DNA of 35,376 nucleotides. Source: Octopus bimaculoides (taxonomy: Eukaryota). A program made the translations under genes and the position numbers. This document shows, one piece after another, positions 34,975 through 35,376 of the stretch (position 1 is the stretch's first letter; every line of letters begins with the position of its first letter). A model generated the notes under the pieces. That model saw only the letters and a program-made list of their open reading frames with translations. It ran no database searches and had not been told where the DNA came from. The stretch lies in the NCBI RefSeq assembly GCF_001194135.2, contig NC_068983.1, forward strand, positions 1,372,748-1,408,123. The letters run 5' to 3'.

Positions 34975-35376
34975 GTCCTCCTCCTCATCTAACTCCCCCT
35001 TCTCCTGCTCCTCCTCCTCCTCCTCACCTACCTCCTCTTCATGAAACCCTCCTCATCTACCTCCATCTCCTTTTCCTCCTCATCATCTACCTCCCCCTCA
35101 TCTACCCCTCCTCTTCTACTTCCTCCTTATCAACCCCTCTTCATTTACCTCCTCCTCATCTATCTCGTCCTCATCTAACTCCTACTCATCTACCTCCTCC
35201 TCATCTATCTCCTACACATTTACCTCCCCCTCAACTACCTGCTCCTGCTCCTCCTCCTCCTCCTCCTCATCTACCCCTCCTCCACTACCTACTCCTAATC
35301 TACCCCCTCCTCCACTACCTACTCCTAATCTACCCCCTCCTCCACTATCTCCTCCTCATCTACCTCCTCCTCCTCC
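34975..35376. repeat. CCTCCTCATCTA-type pyrimidine-rich minisatellite
   Basis: Direct inspection. The same motif occurs at 33886-33915 and 34220-34245. Confidence 0.9.

Noticed and set aside
73-35376. Many ORF-track entries rich in HT, CV, YI, ER, poly-L/S or X
   Set aside because: They are translations of microsatellites and N gaps with no domain content.
1-35376. CRISPR arrays, rRNA genes, prokaryotic operons
   Set aside because: No repeat-spacer arrays or rRNA motifs were seen, and the sequence is intron- and SINE-rich eukaryotic DNA.

Overview
Eukaryotic, AT-rich, repeat-dense DNA with eight N gaps, most flanked by microsatellites. The SINE types and microsatellite load resemble an octopus/cephalopod genome (inference). 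Two host genes are partly visible. On the + strand (about 1.5-2.6 kb) lies the 3' part of a SET-domain methyltransferase resembling SMYD5, with a MYND finger after the post-SET cysteines. On the - strand (33.6-34.6 kb) lie tandem ShK-domain exons. The rest is mostly mobile DNA: four tRNA-derived SINE types, seven R4/Dong-like LINE fragments, MITE-like elements and a decayed Penelope-like GIY-YIG remnant. The main signal not shown by the ORF track is a set of minimal, dimer-type hammerhead ribozyme (HHR) motifs. One sits inside a tRNA-headed SINE (16788-16833), one is downstream of the Penelope-like remnant (17855-17890), and two degraded copies form the arms of a 279-bp palindrome (9032-9310). 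Together they show C3-G8, U3-A8 and G3-C8 core variants. Most ORF-track entries are microsatellite or gap artefacts. No CRISPR, rRNA or intact tRNA was found. All calls were made by eye, and repeat boundaries are approximate.
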